A stretch of 55,684 nt of DNA from Chthonomonadaceae bacterium (GTDB lineage: Bacteria; Armatimonadota; Chthonomonadetes; Chthonomonadales; Chthonomonadaceae): assembly GCA_035650735.1 (NCBI GenBank), contig DASRGZ010000167.1, positions 1 through 55,684 on the forward strand, in the 5' to 3' direction. The translations under genes were made by a program, and so were the position numbers. Shown here in pieces: positions 26,068-35,725 of the stretch (its first letter is position 1; the number at the start of each line of letters is the position of its first letter). The notes under the pieces are model-generated. The model ran no database searches, was not told the origin of the DNA, and was given only the letters and a program-made list of their open reading frames with translations.

Positions 26068-26226
26068 ATGGCTAGCTTACTCTGGACGGTAATTGTGATC
26101 TTGTTCGTGTTGTGGCTTTTGGGCTTGCTGCTCCACTTTGGCGGCAGTCTCATCCATATTCTGCTGGTGGCGGCGGTCGTTATTCTGGTCTACAACCTGC
26201 TGACCAAGGGCAAGGCCACCCTTTAG
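26068..26226 (+). CDS. lmo0937/DUF5670-family small membrane protein (52 aa)
   Basis: Below the ORF-track cutoff. MASLLWTVIVILFVLWLLGLLLHFGGSLIHILLVAAVVILVYNLLTKGKATL; GGAGGT RBS. Confidence 0.85.
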   Translation: MASLLWTVIVILFVLWLLGLLLHFGGSLIHILLVAAVVILVYNLLTKGKATL

Positions 26227-26307
26227 CGAAGGCACGGTTTTACTCCCTCGCCCTTTAGGGCTGCGGTGGACAAAATCGAAATGTGCCAAGCACACTCAAA
26301 CAACCTG

Positions 26308-26337
26308 TTGACAGGCAACACGTCTACTTGCTAGAAT
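26308..26337 (+). promoter_or_regulatory. Sigma70-type promoter
   Basis: TTGACA-N18-TAGAAT. Confidence 0.6.
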
Positions 26338-26529
26338 AGTGCCCGCTGGTTCCCAATAGGGAGCTATGTAAAGCCAGCCAGCAGAACGGCGGGTCGGCAG
26401 CGATTTGTCGCTCCGGGCTTCAGGCTAAGAGCGCCTCCTGCGATGCCTCAGACAAAGGCAGAGCATAGGCGCTCTTTTGTCCTGCTGCACAGAAACCTAT
26501 GTCTCTGTTACGGAGAGAGGAGAGAGCGT

Positions 26530-27694
26530 ATGGGGCCGGGCATTTTGAGCGGCTTGCCCTACCAGAGCGGCGTTATCACCCGGCAGATATCCGCCGAGAA
26601 CCCCACGGGCGAAAAGGGCGGCGCGTGCCAGTGGGACCCCGACCCCACCAATCCCTTCTTGCTGCATAGCGAAGCCGCGCTCGACCTCGGACGCGGCTGG
26701 AAGGTCCGGCCCTTCATCGCCGTGGCGGCCGGGGAAACGGTGACCCTGGCCGATATCGAGGGGCCGGGATGTATCAATGAGGTCTTCCTTACCAGCAACG
26801 TCCCGGAGTATCGGTCTCTCGTATTACGCTTCTACTGGGACGGCGAGCCGACCCCGTCGGTCGAGACACCGCTGGGCGACTTCTTCGCGATGGGCCACGA
26901 TCCCGCCCCGCATCTGGTCAACTCCCTTCCGGTCGTAGTCGGACCGCACCGGGGCTGCAACTGCTACTGGCAGATGCCCTTCCGTACGCAGGCCCGCATC
27001 ACGCTGGAGAACGAAGCCGAGGAGGAAGCCCGGATCGTCGCCTACCGCCTGCTCTACAAGCTCCATCCTATCCCCGACGAGGCCGCCTACTTCCATGCTC
27101 AGTGGCGGCGCAGCAGGACGCGGCGGGACTATCCGGAGCATGTGATTCTCGATGGCGTCCGGGGAAGCGGGGTCTACGTGGGAACCTATCTGGCTTGGAC
27201 GGGCCTTCGCTTCGGCTTCTTTGGGGTTGGGCAGGCCCGTCTACGTGGGAACCTATCTGGCTTGGACGGCGTTGTCGAGCGGGTGGTGGGGCGAGGGAGA
27301 GGTCAAGTTCTACCTCGACGGCGACACTGAGTTTCCGACGTTTGCGGATAACGGGACCGAAGACTACTTCGGGGGCGCCTGGGGCTTCGACGAGGGCGGT
27401 CGGGAGCGGGAGTTCAACACGCCCTTCTTGGGTCTTCCGCTGGCGAACGTCAATGAGCAGTCGGGGCCGCGCCGGTACAGTCTCTACCGCTGGCACCTGC
27501 TCGATGCCATCGGGTTTGCGCAGGATCTGCGGGCGACGGTGCAGGCGCTCGGCTGGCGGCCAAACCGCCAGTACGAGCCGCTCACGGACGATATCGCCTC
27601 GGTGGCGTACTGGTATCAGCGGGAGCCGCACGTGCCGTTCCCGCGTTTCCCGGCTTTGGCAGCGCGTCGGGGCCGCCAGGAAGGGAATTCATAG
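26530..27694 (+). pseudogene. DUF2961 / GH172 family glycoside hydrolase, frameshifted by a 67-nt duplication-insertion
   Basis: N-half has ISAENPTGEKGG, GPGCI, SVETPLGDFF, NCYWQMPF and YFHAQW. C-half, in another frame, has WWGEGEVKFYLDGD, GTEDYFGGAW, SLYRWH and DDIASVAYWYQ. Exact 31-bp repeat at 27172-27202 and 27239-27269. Confidence 0.85.
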
Positions 27695-27785
27695 AGAGTA
27701 GTGTTGGCGTATCCCCAGCTATCCCAGAGTATTGAGTGGGAGGGCTACGTTTTGTATTGCCGAATGGGATTTTAGGAGCCTATCC

Positions 27786-30700
27786 ATGCAGCCAGGAAAC
27801 AATAAGGCGCTCACACGGCGCGAACTGATTCAACGCTCCGGCTTGGCCGCAGGCGCGCTGCTGCTGCCGCATTTGGCCGACGCATTGGAGAACAGCGCGC
27901 CCGCAGCGGGGACGCCGGGGGGCGCTCCCACCGACGCGCCGCTGCCTAACGGCGTCAAAGCGGTCTGGGACCTGAAGCGGGCCTACGCCGAGAAGACGCC
28001 CACGCGCGAACGCGTCTGCCTGAACGGTCTGTGGCGCTGGCAGCCGGCCCAGGAAGCCGCGGATGCCGTGCCCGCCGGGCAGTGGGGTTACTTCAAAGTG
28101 CCTGGCGCGTGGCCCGGTATCACTGACTATATGCAGAAGGACTGCCAGACCGTCTTTCCTCACCCGGACTGGAAGGAGGCAAGGCTGGACGGTGTGACTG
28201 CGGCCTGGTATCAGCGCGAAATTACCGTGCCGGGCGACTGGGACGGTCGCCGCGTCGCCGTCTCTGCGGAGTGCCTGAACTCCCTGGCACTCGTCTACAT
28301 AGACGGCAGGAAAGTGGGCGAGATGCGATTCCCTGGGGGCGAAGTGGATCTCACCTCGGTCTGCCGTCCGGGAACCGCACACGTCCTCAGCCTGCTCGTC
28401 GCGGCCCTGCCGCTCAAGGCGGTCAGGCTCTCGTATACGGACACCACTGCGGCCAGACAGGTAAAGGGCACGGTGGCACGGCGCGGGTTGTGCGGCGACG
28501 TCTATCTCGTCAGTACGCCGCAGCCCGCCCGCATCGGGGATGTCAGGATCGCTACCTCGGTGCGTCAGGGGGAGATCACCTTCGACACCGCGCTGGAAGG
28601 ACTGACTCCGGGGGCGTCGTATGCCCTCCGCGCTAAGGTTCGGGACAAGGAGCGCGCGGTCCGGGAGTTCACCAGCCCTACTTTCCAGGCGGGCGACCTC
28701 CAGGATGGGCGGTTCGCGTTCACCGCGAAGTGGAAGCCGGACAAGCTCTGGGACCTGAACACTCCTCAAAATCTCTACACCGTACAGGTTACGCTGCTGG
28801 AACCAGACGGCAGGCTCCTGGACGCGGCGTATTGGGTGCGCTTCGGCTTCCGCGAATTCTGGATACAGGGGCGGGATTTCTATCTGAACGGCAGCCGCAT
28901 TTTCCTTTCCGCCGTCCCGCTGGACAATGCCCAGGTCGGCGCGGCGTGGGCGACCTATGCGGGGGCGCGGGAGAGCCTGGAGCGGCTCAAGAGCTTTGGC
29001 ATCAACTTCGTCTACACCCACAATTACGACTGCGAGCCGGGCGCGCACCTGAGCTTCGCGGAGATACTGAGGGCTGCCGACGATGCGGGAATGCTCGTCG
29101 CGCTCTCCCAACCGCATTTTGCCAGCTACGAATGGCGCGCGCCGGATGCCGACCGCAGCAACGGCTACGCGCGCCATGCCGAGTTCTACGTCCGCACGGC
29201 ACAGAACCATCCATCGGTCGTCGCCTACGCGATGAGCCACAATGCCACCGGGTACGTCGAAGACATGAACCCGGACATGATAGACGGACTCCAGGACCCG
29301 CGCGATTTCTGGGCGCGGAACAACTCCCGCCTGGCGCTGCGCGCCGAAGCCATTGTCAAGCGCCTCGACCCGAATCGGATCGTCTATCACCACTCTTCAG
29401 GCAATCTGGGCGCGATGCACACGGCCAACTTCTACGTGAACTTTACGCCCATACAGGAGCTCTCCGACTGGTTCGAGCATTGGGCCACGCAGGGCGTCAA
29501 GCCGGTCTTCCTCTGTGAGTACGGCGTTCCCTTCTCCTGGGACTGGACGATGTACCGGGGCTGGTACAAAGGGCATCGGGAGTGGGGCAGCGCGGAGGTG
29601 CCCTGGGAGTTCTGCCTTGCCGAATGGGATGCGCAGTTCTTCGGGGACGCGGCGTACCGGGTCGGCGAGCGGGAGAAGGTGAACCTGCGCTGGGAGGCGG
29701 CTCAGTTCCGGGCGGGCAGAGTCTGGCACCGGTGGGACTATCCAACCCCGGTCGGGTCCGGGGCGTTCGAGGAGCGGAACCCTGTCTTCGCCCGCTACAT
29801 CACGGACAACTGGCGGGCCTACCGTACCTGGGGCGTCTCGGCGTTCAGCCCCTGGGAACACGCGATGTACTGGCTGTTACGTGAGGGCGTCAATAAGGGC
29901 CGCAAGGCGCTGCCGGTGGACTGGGAGCGCCTTCAGCGTCCGGGCTTCAGTCCGGATTATCTGGAGGAGCAGCCGGAGGACCGAGTCCTCGCTTTCGACC
30001 GCGCGGACTGGATACCCACCGCCGTCGCACAGGCGATAATCCGCAACAACCAGCCGCTTCTGGCCTACATCGGCGGCAAGCCCGCGCGCTTTACGAGCAA
30101 GGACCATAACTTCCTGCCGGGCGAAACGGTCGAGAAGCAGTTGATCCTTATCAACAACTCCCGCTCCACCATCTCGTGCGATTGTAGCTGGTCGCTCGGT
30201 CTTCCCCAGGCTGTCACGGGCAGTAAGCAGGTCCCCCCGCTAGGCTCGTTTTCCCGTCCGCAGGACGGCTGGCGGCGTAGCCGCCCTAGAGACGGGTCAT
30301 TCATGGCCCGTCTCCTCATTCCTACTGGCGAGCAGGCGCGCATCCCGCTGCGCTTCTCCCTCCCCACCGGACTCGCTCCCGGCCAGTACGAGTTGACGGC
30401 CACCGTCCGATTCAGCAGCGGCGAAATCCAGCAAGACTCCTTTGCCATTCACGTCCTGCCAACCCCGCCTCCTCTCCCGGCGACCGCCAAGATCGCGCTC
30501 TTCGACCCGAAGGGCGAGACCGCCCGGCTTCTCGACGCCATGAGCGTGCGGTATCAGTCTGTGGACGCGGCGGCGGACCTCTCCCCCTACGACGTGCTGA
30601 TCGTCGGCAAGGGCGCGCTCACGCGGGAAAGTCCCGGGCCGGACATCCGCCGCGTGCGCGAAGGACTGAAAGTCGTCGTGCTGGAGCAGACGGCGGAGGT

Positions 30701-31829
30701 GCTGGAGCAGCGGTTTGGCTTCCGGGTGGCCGAATACGGGCTGCGGCAAGTCTTCCGCCGGATGGCCGATCACCCTTTGCTGGCCGGACTCGATGCGGAG
30801 AGCCTGCGCGACTGGCGCGGTGAGGCGACTCTTCTCCCGCCGCGCCTGAAGTACGAGATAGGGCCGCGCTACGCCCCCCAGGTGAAGTGGTGCGGCATGG
30901 ATGTGACGCGCGTCTGGCGCTGCGGCTGCCGGGGCAGCGTCGCCTCCGTCCTGATCGAGAAGCCGGCGCGGGGCGATTTCCTGCCGATCCTCGACGGCGG
31001 CTACAGCCTGCAATACAGCCCGCTTCTGGAGTACCGCGAGGGAAAGGGGATGGTTCTGTTCTGCCAGATGGACGTGACGGGCCGCACCGAGAGCGACCCG
31101 GCAGCAGACCGCCTGGCGCGGAATATCGTCGGGTACGCCTGTGCCTGGACGCCGCCGTCACGTCGGGAAGCCCTCTACATCGGCGACCCCGCAGGCAAGG
31201 CGCACCTGGAGGCGGCAGGCTTTACTCTGGGAACCTACTCAGACGGGAAGCTTCCGGCGGATGCCGTGCTGATCGTAGGCCCTGGCGGCGGGCAGCAGCT
31301 GGCGGGCCGTGCGGAAGCCGTTCGCGACTGGCTTCAGGCAGGCGGCCACGTGCTGGCGTTCGGGCTGGACGAAGCAGACGCGAGTCGATTCTTGCCCGCA
31401 AAGGTGCAGATCAAACATGGAGAACACATCGCCGCCTACTTCGATCCGCCCGCTGCGGACTCCTGGCTGGCGGGTGTCGGTCCGGCCGATGTCCACAACC
31501 GCGACCCGCGCGAGTTTCCGCTTGTCCTGGGCGGGGCCAGAGTCGTCGGTGACGGAGTGCTTGCCCAGGCCGAAAACGCGAACGTTGTCTTCAGCCAATT
31601 CTTGCCCTGGCAGTTCGACCCGACAAAGCAGATGAACCTCAAGCGCACTTTCCGCCGCGCCGCGTTCCTGACTGCCCGGCTGGCGGCGAACCTGGGCGTC
31701 CCGTCCTCGACGCCGCTCCTGGACCGTTTCCGTGCCTCCGTAGAAAGTGCAGAAAAGCGCTGGCTGGACGGACTTTACCTCGATACTCCGGAGGAGTGGG
31801 ACGATCCCTACCGTTTCTTCGGCTGGTAA
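27786..31829 (+). CDS. Large Tat-exported GH2-like (beta-galactosidase-like) glycoside hydrolase
   Basis: Tat signal TRRELIQ, CLNGLWRW, WYQREITVP, FGFREFWIQGRDFYLNG, NHPSVV and CEYG. Confidence 0.8.
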   Translation: MQPGNNKALTRRELIQRSGLAAGALLLPHLADALENSAPAAGTPGGAPTDAPLPNGVKAVWDLKRAYAEKTPTRERVCLNGLWRWQPAQEAADAVPAGQWGYFKVPGAWPGITDYMQKDCQTVFPHPDWKEARLDGVTAAWYQREITVPGDWDGRRVAVSAECLNSLALVYIDGRKVGEMRFPGGEVDLTSVCRPGTAHVLSLLVAALPLKAVRLSYTDTTAARQVKGTVARRGLCGDVYLVSTPQPARIGDVRIATSVRQGEITFDTALEGLTPGASYALRAKVRDKERAVREFTSPTFQAGDLQDGRFAFTAKWKPDKLWDLNTPQNLYTVQVTLLEPDGRLLDAAYWVRFGFREFWIQGRDFYLNGSRIFLSAVPLDNAQVGAAWATYAGARESLERLKSFGINFVYTHNYDCEPGAHLSFAEILRAADDAGMLVALSQPHFASYEWRAPDADRSNGYARHAEFYVRTAQNHPSVVAYAMSHNATGYVEDMNPDMIDGLQDPRDFWARNNSRLALRAEAIVKRLDPNRIVYHHSSGNLGAMHTANFYVNFTPIQELSDWFEHWATQGVKPVFLCEYGVPFSWDWTMYRGWYKGHREWGSAEVPWEFCLAEWDAQFFGDAAYRVGEREKVNLRWEAAQFRAGRVWHRWDYPTPVGSGAFEERNPVFARYITDNWRAYRTWGVSAFSPWEHAMYWLLREGVNKGRKALPVDWERLQRPGFSPDYLEEQPEDRVLAFDRADWIPTAVAQAIIRNNQPLLAYIGGKPARFTSKDHNFLPGETVEKQLILINNSRSTISCDCSWSLGLPQAVTGSKQVPPLGSFSRPQDGWRRSRPRDGSFMARLLIPTGEQARIPLRFSLPTGLAPGQYELTATVRFSSGEIQQDSFAIHVLPTPPPLPATAKIALFDPKGETARLLDAMSVRYQSVDAAADLSPYDVLIVGKGALTRESPGPDIRRVREGLKVVVLEQTAEVLEQRFGFRVAEYGLRQVFRRMADHPLLAGLDAESLRDWRGEATLLPPRLKYEIGPRYAPQVKWCGMDVTRVWRCGCRGSVASVLIEKPARGDFLPILDGGYSLQYSPLLEYREGKGMVLFCQMDVTGRTESDPAADRLARNIVGYACAWTPPSRREALYIGDPAGKAHLEAAGFTLGTYSDGKLPADAVLIVGPGGGQQLAGRAEAVRDWLQAGGHVLAFGLDEADASRFLPAKVQIKHGEHIAAYFDPPAADSWLAGVGPADVHNRDPREFPLVLGGARVVGDGVLAQAENANVVFSQFLPWQFDPTKQMNLKRTFRRAAFLTARLAANLGVPSSTPLLDRFRASVESAEKRWLDGLYLDTPEEWDDPYRFFGW

Positions 31830-31916
31830 CGATGGCGCATACGCACGGCGGAATGGGTCGAGTTTCTTAGAAAAAGGGTCAGCCGTCCTGCATCAGACTT
31901 CTTCGAGGAGCACAAC

Positions 31917-32900
31917 ATGAGTCAGAAAGAACCTGGCCCGCGCAAGGTAATCGTGGGCACGGCGATGCACAATATGTTTCGTCCCTACCCCGGTCTGCAA
32001 ACCCGACTCGCAGAGCTTGCCGGCCTGGTTGGCCGAATGGCCGAGGAAGCCGCTGCCCGCTACGCCGACGCCCGCCTGGACATCGCCGCCCTGCCGGAAA
32101 TGGCGGTCAACGGCGGGCAGAAAGGAACGGCGGCGGAAGTCGCCTACCCGCTCGAAGGTCCCGTGCTCGATGTGATGGGCGCCAAGGCCCGCGAGCATCA
32201 CTGCTATATCGTGGTGCCGCTTTACCTCGTGGATAATCGGGAGACGGGCCTCCACAGCAACGCCGCTGCGCTCCTGGATCGGCAGGGCCAGATCGCTGGC
32301 GTCTATCGGAAGGTCTTTGCCGTGGTGGATCGCGGCGCGGAAACGGCCGAGGGCGGCGTAACGCCCGGCGCGGATTTCCCGGTTTTCGATTGCGATTTTG
32401 GCCGCGTCGGCATCCAGATCTGTTACGATATGGCCTTCGACGAGGGGTGGGAGGCATTGCGCCGCAAGGGGGCAGAGCTGATCGTCTGGCCCAGTCAATG
32501 GCCAGGTCAAATCCATCCCGCCAGCCGCGCGCTGCGCGGTCGGTGCTTTGTGCTCAGCAGCACATGGCGCAACAATGCCTCCCTGCTCGATCCAACCGGC
32601 CATCTTCTCCGCGAGATCCGCGAGGACGGCGTTTTTGTCGAACAGATCGATCTCGACTACGCCATCCTTGGTTGGCAGCCCACTCTCCGAAACGGCAAAG
32701 CCTTCGACGAGAGGTTCGGGACGCGCGCCGGATACCGCTATTCCGAAGTCGAAGACTGCGGCATCTTCTGGTCCAACGACCCGGCCATGCCCATCGCAGA
32801 GATGGTGCACGCGCTGAACTTGGAGATGCGGGCGGAGGAGTTGGAGCGGTGCCGGAACGTGCTGGTCAGGCTGCGCGGCGGGCCACCGGCCCGAGACTGA
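31917..32900 (+). CDS. Carbon-nitrogen hydrolase (nitrilase superfamily)
   Basis: Catalytic E-K-C motifs LPE, YRKV and QICYD. Confidence 0.88.
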   Translation: MSQKEPGPRKVIVGTAMHNMFRPYPGLQTRLAELAGLVGRMAEEAAARYADARLDIAALPEMAVNGGQKGTAAEVAYPLEGPVLDVMGAKAREHHCYIVVPLYLVDNRETGLHSNAAALLDRQGQIAGVYRKVFAVVDRGAETAEGGVTPGADFPVFDCDFGRVGIQICYDMAFDEGWEALRRKGAELIVWPSQWPGQIHPASRALRGRCFVLSSTWRNNASLLDPTGHLLREIREDGVFVEQIDLDYAILGWQPTLRNGKAFDERFGTRAGYRYSEVEDCGIFWSNDPAMPIAEMVHALNLEMRAEELERCRNVLVRLRGGPPARD

Positions 32901-33090
32901 TCGAAAAGAGCACGAGGAGGAACCTGAGCGGCGTTCCGGCATCCAGGTTGGAACGCCGTTTCGCTTGTGCTCCCTGCCTGTTCCGGCACAGGTGTAACGC
33001 GCTTTTAATGCTCCTGTAATGAGACAGGTATAGAATAGCGCCATCGTCCTACTCAATCCACTGCTGTTATTCGAGCCGGAGAGAAAACCG

Positions 33091-33420
33091 ATGTCGTCGC
33101 CCTTACTGTCTACCCGTTGTTCTGATTCTATCGCAGATGACCAACCCGATCACGCAGGCCGCTCCTCCTGCGACGATAGGCCGTCTCCAATCGCCGAAGG
33201 GCACAGGCCCGCTGCTCCTCTCGGCAACTCTTCCCGCCGGGAGTTGAGCCTTGCGGAACTTGAGGCTCTGCTGACGCCCAGGCAACTGCGCTCCATCCGC
33301 CGTTCCGCTCAGGACGGCCAGAGGCAGCCGCGTTGGCAGACGCTTTTGACCGCCCTGAAGCGGCTCTTAACGTACGCCGAGCGTCTTCCGCGCCTTGGGG
33401 ATGACTATCGTGGAGGATAG
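33091..33420 (+). CDS. Hypothetical protein
   Basis: ATG with a weak GGAGA RBS; no recognisable motif. Confidence 0.4.
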   Translation: MSSPLLSTRCSDSIADDQPDHAGRSSCDDRPSPIAEGHRPAAPLGNSSRRELSLAELEALLTPRQLRSIRRSAQDGQRQPRWQTLLTALKRLLTYAERLPRLGDDYRGG

Positions 33421-33882
33421 TGAATAGAGATCCCGGTCCTTCTGACCGAGGGAAACAGCCAGGCTCTCTTCGGCGGCTGGAGACGAGCCCCGGAGACAAA
33501 AAATTACCGGGCTTCCATGCAGCCCGGTAAGGAAAACAAACATAGTGGTAGCGTGTCCCCTGGAAGACGAGCGCTATTCCCGTTTTGTTCCCAAAAAACA
33601 GCTTGCCACGCGCAAGAGCGGCCCCGACAGGAAACTTTCCTGTCGGGGCCGCGTTGCTTTGCAGCAGCCTCCCCGGCCCTGCCGATCCGCCGTCCAGAAG
33701 TAGCCCGGCTCTAAAGCGGGGCTGACTCTCGATGGCTCCCTCACAAACCTCGATTGCTTATGGTACTGCCGATTTGCCTTTCCAACGCATAAAATGCAAT
33801 AAAAACCGGTAATTGCGACAGGTAGTGGCAGGAGTAAGTGGCATAGGTCTTGCTTGGCTAGAAAGTCATGGAGAGACCGCCT

Positions 33883-34119
33883 ATGCACCAACTGATCGCA
33901 GACCTCGCCCGCAGCCTGGTGGATACCCCGGAAGCCGTGACTGTCACCTCGGAGACGCAGGGGGAGAAGACCATCTACTACATCAGAGTGGCACCAGGCG
34001 AAGAAGGCCAGCTGATCGGTAAGAACGGTCGGGTGGTCCGAGCCATTCGTGAGATTGTCAAAGCGGCCGCTCGGGTGCGGGGAACGGCCGTAGACGTGCA
34101 GGTCGTTAAAGGTGAATAA
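33883..34119 (+). CDS. khpA: KH-domain RNA-binding protein KhpA (UPF0109)
   Basis: LVDTPEAV and GQLIGKNGRVVRAIR (GxxG loop); 78 aa. Confidence 0.88.
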   Translation: MHQLIADLARSLVDTPEAVTVTSETQGEKTIYYIRVAPGEEGQLIGKNGRVVRAIREIVKAAARVRGTAVDVQVVKGE

Positions 34120-34336
34120 GAGAGAGCCTGCAAAAAGAAAAACCCCTTGTCCAGAGGATGAACAAGGGTAGTAGCACTGAAGGCTACACGGATTTTCAAC
34201 TGCTGCTCTATTAGACGCCACCCAAGCGGAAAAGTTTCCGCCCAAGCAGAAAAGTTTTCCGCAAAATTAATGCACGCTGTCGAGTGAAGTAGGCAGTCCG
34301 CACCTATCGAGCCACCAGAAAGTGATTCAAGAGATT

Positions 34337-34546
34337 ATGACGCGCAAACAAGATATCGCGGATCTGCTGGAATATAACCGCCGCCTCCAGGAACAGCGCG
34401 AGGCGCTGCGGCAGGCGCTGGCTTTCTATGCCGACTCTAACAACTATCGAGAGAGCCGAGAAGGCAATGTTGTCCTCCCGCCTGCGGTGCTGGTAGATGG
34501 CGGACAACGCGCGCGCGCGGCGCTCTCCACTCTGCCCCCCGGATAG
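34337..34546 (+). CDS. Small hypothetical coiled-coil protein
   Basis: LREALxFYAD..NY...GGQRARAAL-type sequence; start uncertain (GTG 34322 or ATG 34337). Confidence 0.5.
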   Translation: MTRKQDIADLLEYNRRLQEQREALRQALAFYADSNNYRESREGNVVLPPAVLVDGGQRARAALSTLPPG

Positions 34547-34583
34547 CTCCGCCGCCGTCTATCGCCCCGACCCCTCCCGAAAG

Positions 34584-35645
34584 CTACTCCGATGCCCGTT
34601 CTGTAGAGGACGCAAGAGTCATACGCCCGCCTTCCTGATGGAAATAGGCGTTTTCGTCCGCTTCCATCAGGAGCAGGTGCGAGTCGAGGTCAATAAACTC
34701 AAACGCTCCGGTGCCGCAGGCCAGGGCTAAGGAGACGGCGATGCTGCGCCGGGTTTCCAGCATACAGCCCAGCATCAGGCGGCGGTCGGCAGCGCGGGCA
34801 ATCGCGATGATATCCAGCACGCCCGCGATCCCGTTCTTGTTGATCTTCAGATTGAACCCATGTACCGGCGTGGTCGTGGCCAGGCGCAGTGCCTGGGCAG
34901 GGGTACGCGCGCTCTCGTCGGCAAAGACAGGCACCGGGCTGCGGGCTGCGACTGCCGCCAGGCCCTCGACATCCTCTTTCTTGACCGGCTGCTCCAGTAA
35001 CTGCACGTTGACGCCCTCGGAGAGCAGGCGCTCGACAAAGCGCAGCGCGCCTTCCGGCGTGAACGCCTGATTGGCATCAATGCGGATCGGGGCCTCCTGA
35101 ACGGACTCATGCACGGCCAGCACGCGCGCGTGATCCGCCTCCGCATCCGCCTCGCCGACCTTAATCTTAAACACCCGAATTCCCAGTTCCCAGGCCAGTC
35201 GCGCCAGTTCCCCGGCATTGGGCACCATGGGAATGGTGATGTCGCTCTCCATCGAATCCTGTGCCGCGCCCCAGAGTCCCCACAGCGTTCCGCCGGTCGT
35301 CTGCGCCCACGCATCCAGAACCGCCATCTCCAGACCGCAGCGCGCGCTCGGCGCCTCCGGCAGCATCCGCCCGATAACGTTGAGCGCCTGGCGATATCGG
35401 ATCACGTCCAGCCCGACCAACTCCGGCGTTGCGCGCTCCACCGCTGCCAGCACGCTCTCCCGTGTCTCCCCGGTCACGTACATAACCGGCACCGACTCGC
35501 CGCGCGCCGTGCGCCCATCCTCCAGCGTCAGATGGATGGCGACGGCCCTGGCGGCCAGCGTAGAGCCCTGGGAGGTAACGAAGGGATTATGCAGCGGCGT
35601 ATGGAACGGCTCGGCGGCAATGGCGGCTATACGGGCGGCTGGCAT
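34584..35645 (-). CDS. L-Ala-D/L-Glu-type dipeptide epimerase (enolase superfamily)
   Basis: Motifs FKIKVG (KxK), RIDANQ, LEQP, ADES, NLKINK, GCMLE and DLD. Confidence 0.88.
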   Translation of the reverse strand: MPAARIAAIAAEPFHTPLHNPFVTSQGSTLAARAVAIHLTLEDGRTARGESVPVMYVTGETRESVLAAVERATPELVGLDVIRYRQALNVIGRMLPEAPSARCGLEMAVLDAWAQTTGGTLWGLWGAAQDSMESDITIPMVPNAGELARLAWELGIRVFKIKVGEADAEADHARVLAVHESVQEAPIRIDANQAFTPEGALRFVERLLSEGVNVQLLEQPVKKEDVEGLAAVAARSPVPVFADESARTPAQALRLATTTPVHGFNLKINKNGIAGVLDIIAIARAADRRLMLGCMLETRRSIAVSLALACGTGAFEFIDLDSHLLLMEADENAYFHQEGGRMTLASSTERASE

Positions 35646-35725
35646 CTTCTGTAGCAGGTGATCGGAGAATGAGGTAACAGGGTGACGGGCAAAGGTCGGT
35701 TCACCCTGTTACCTCAGTTACCGGA

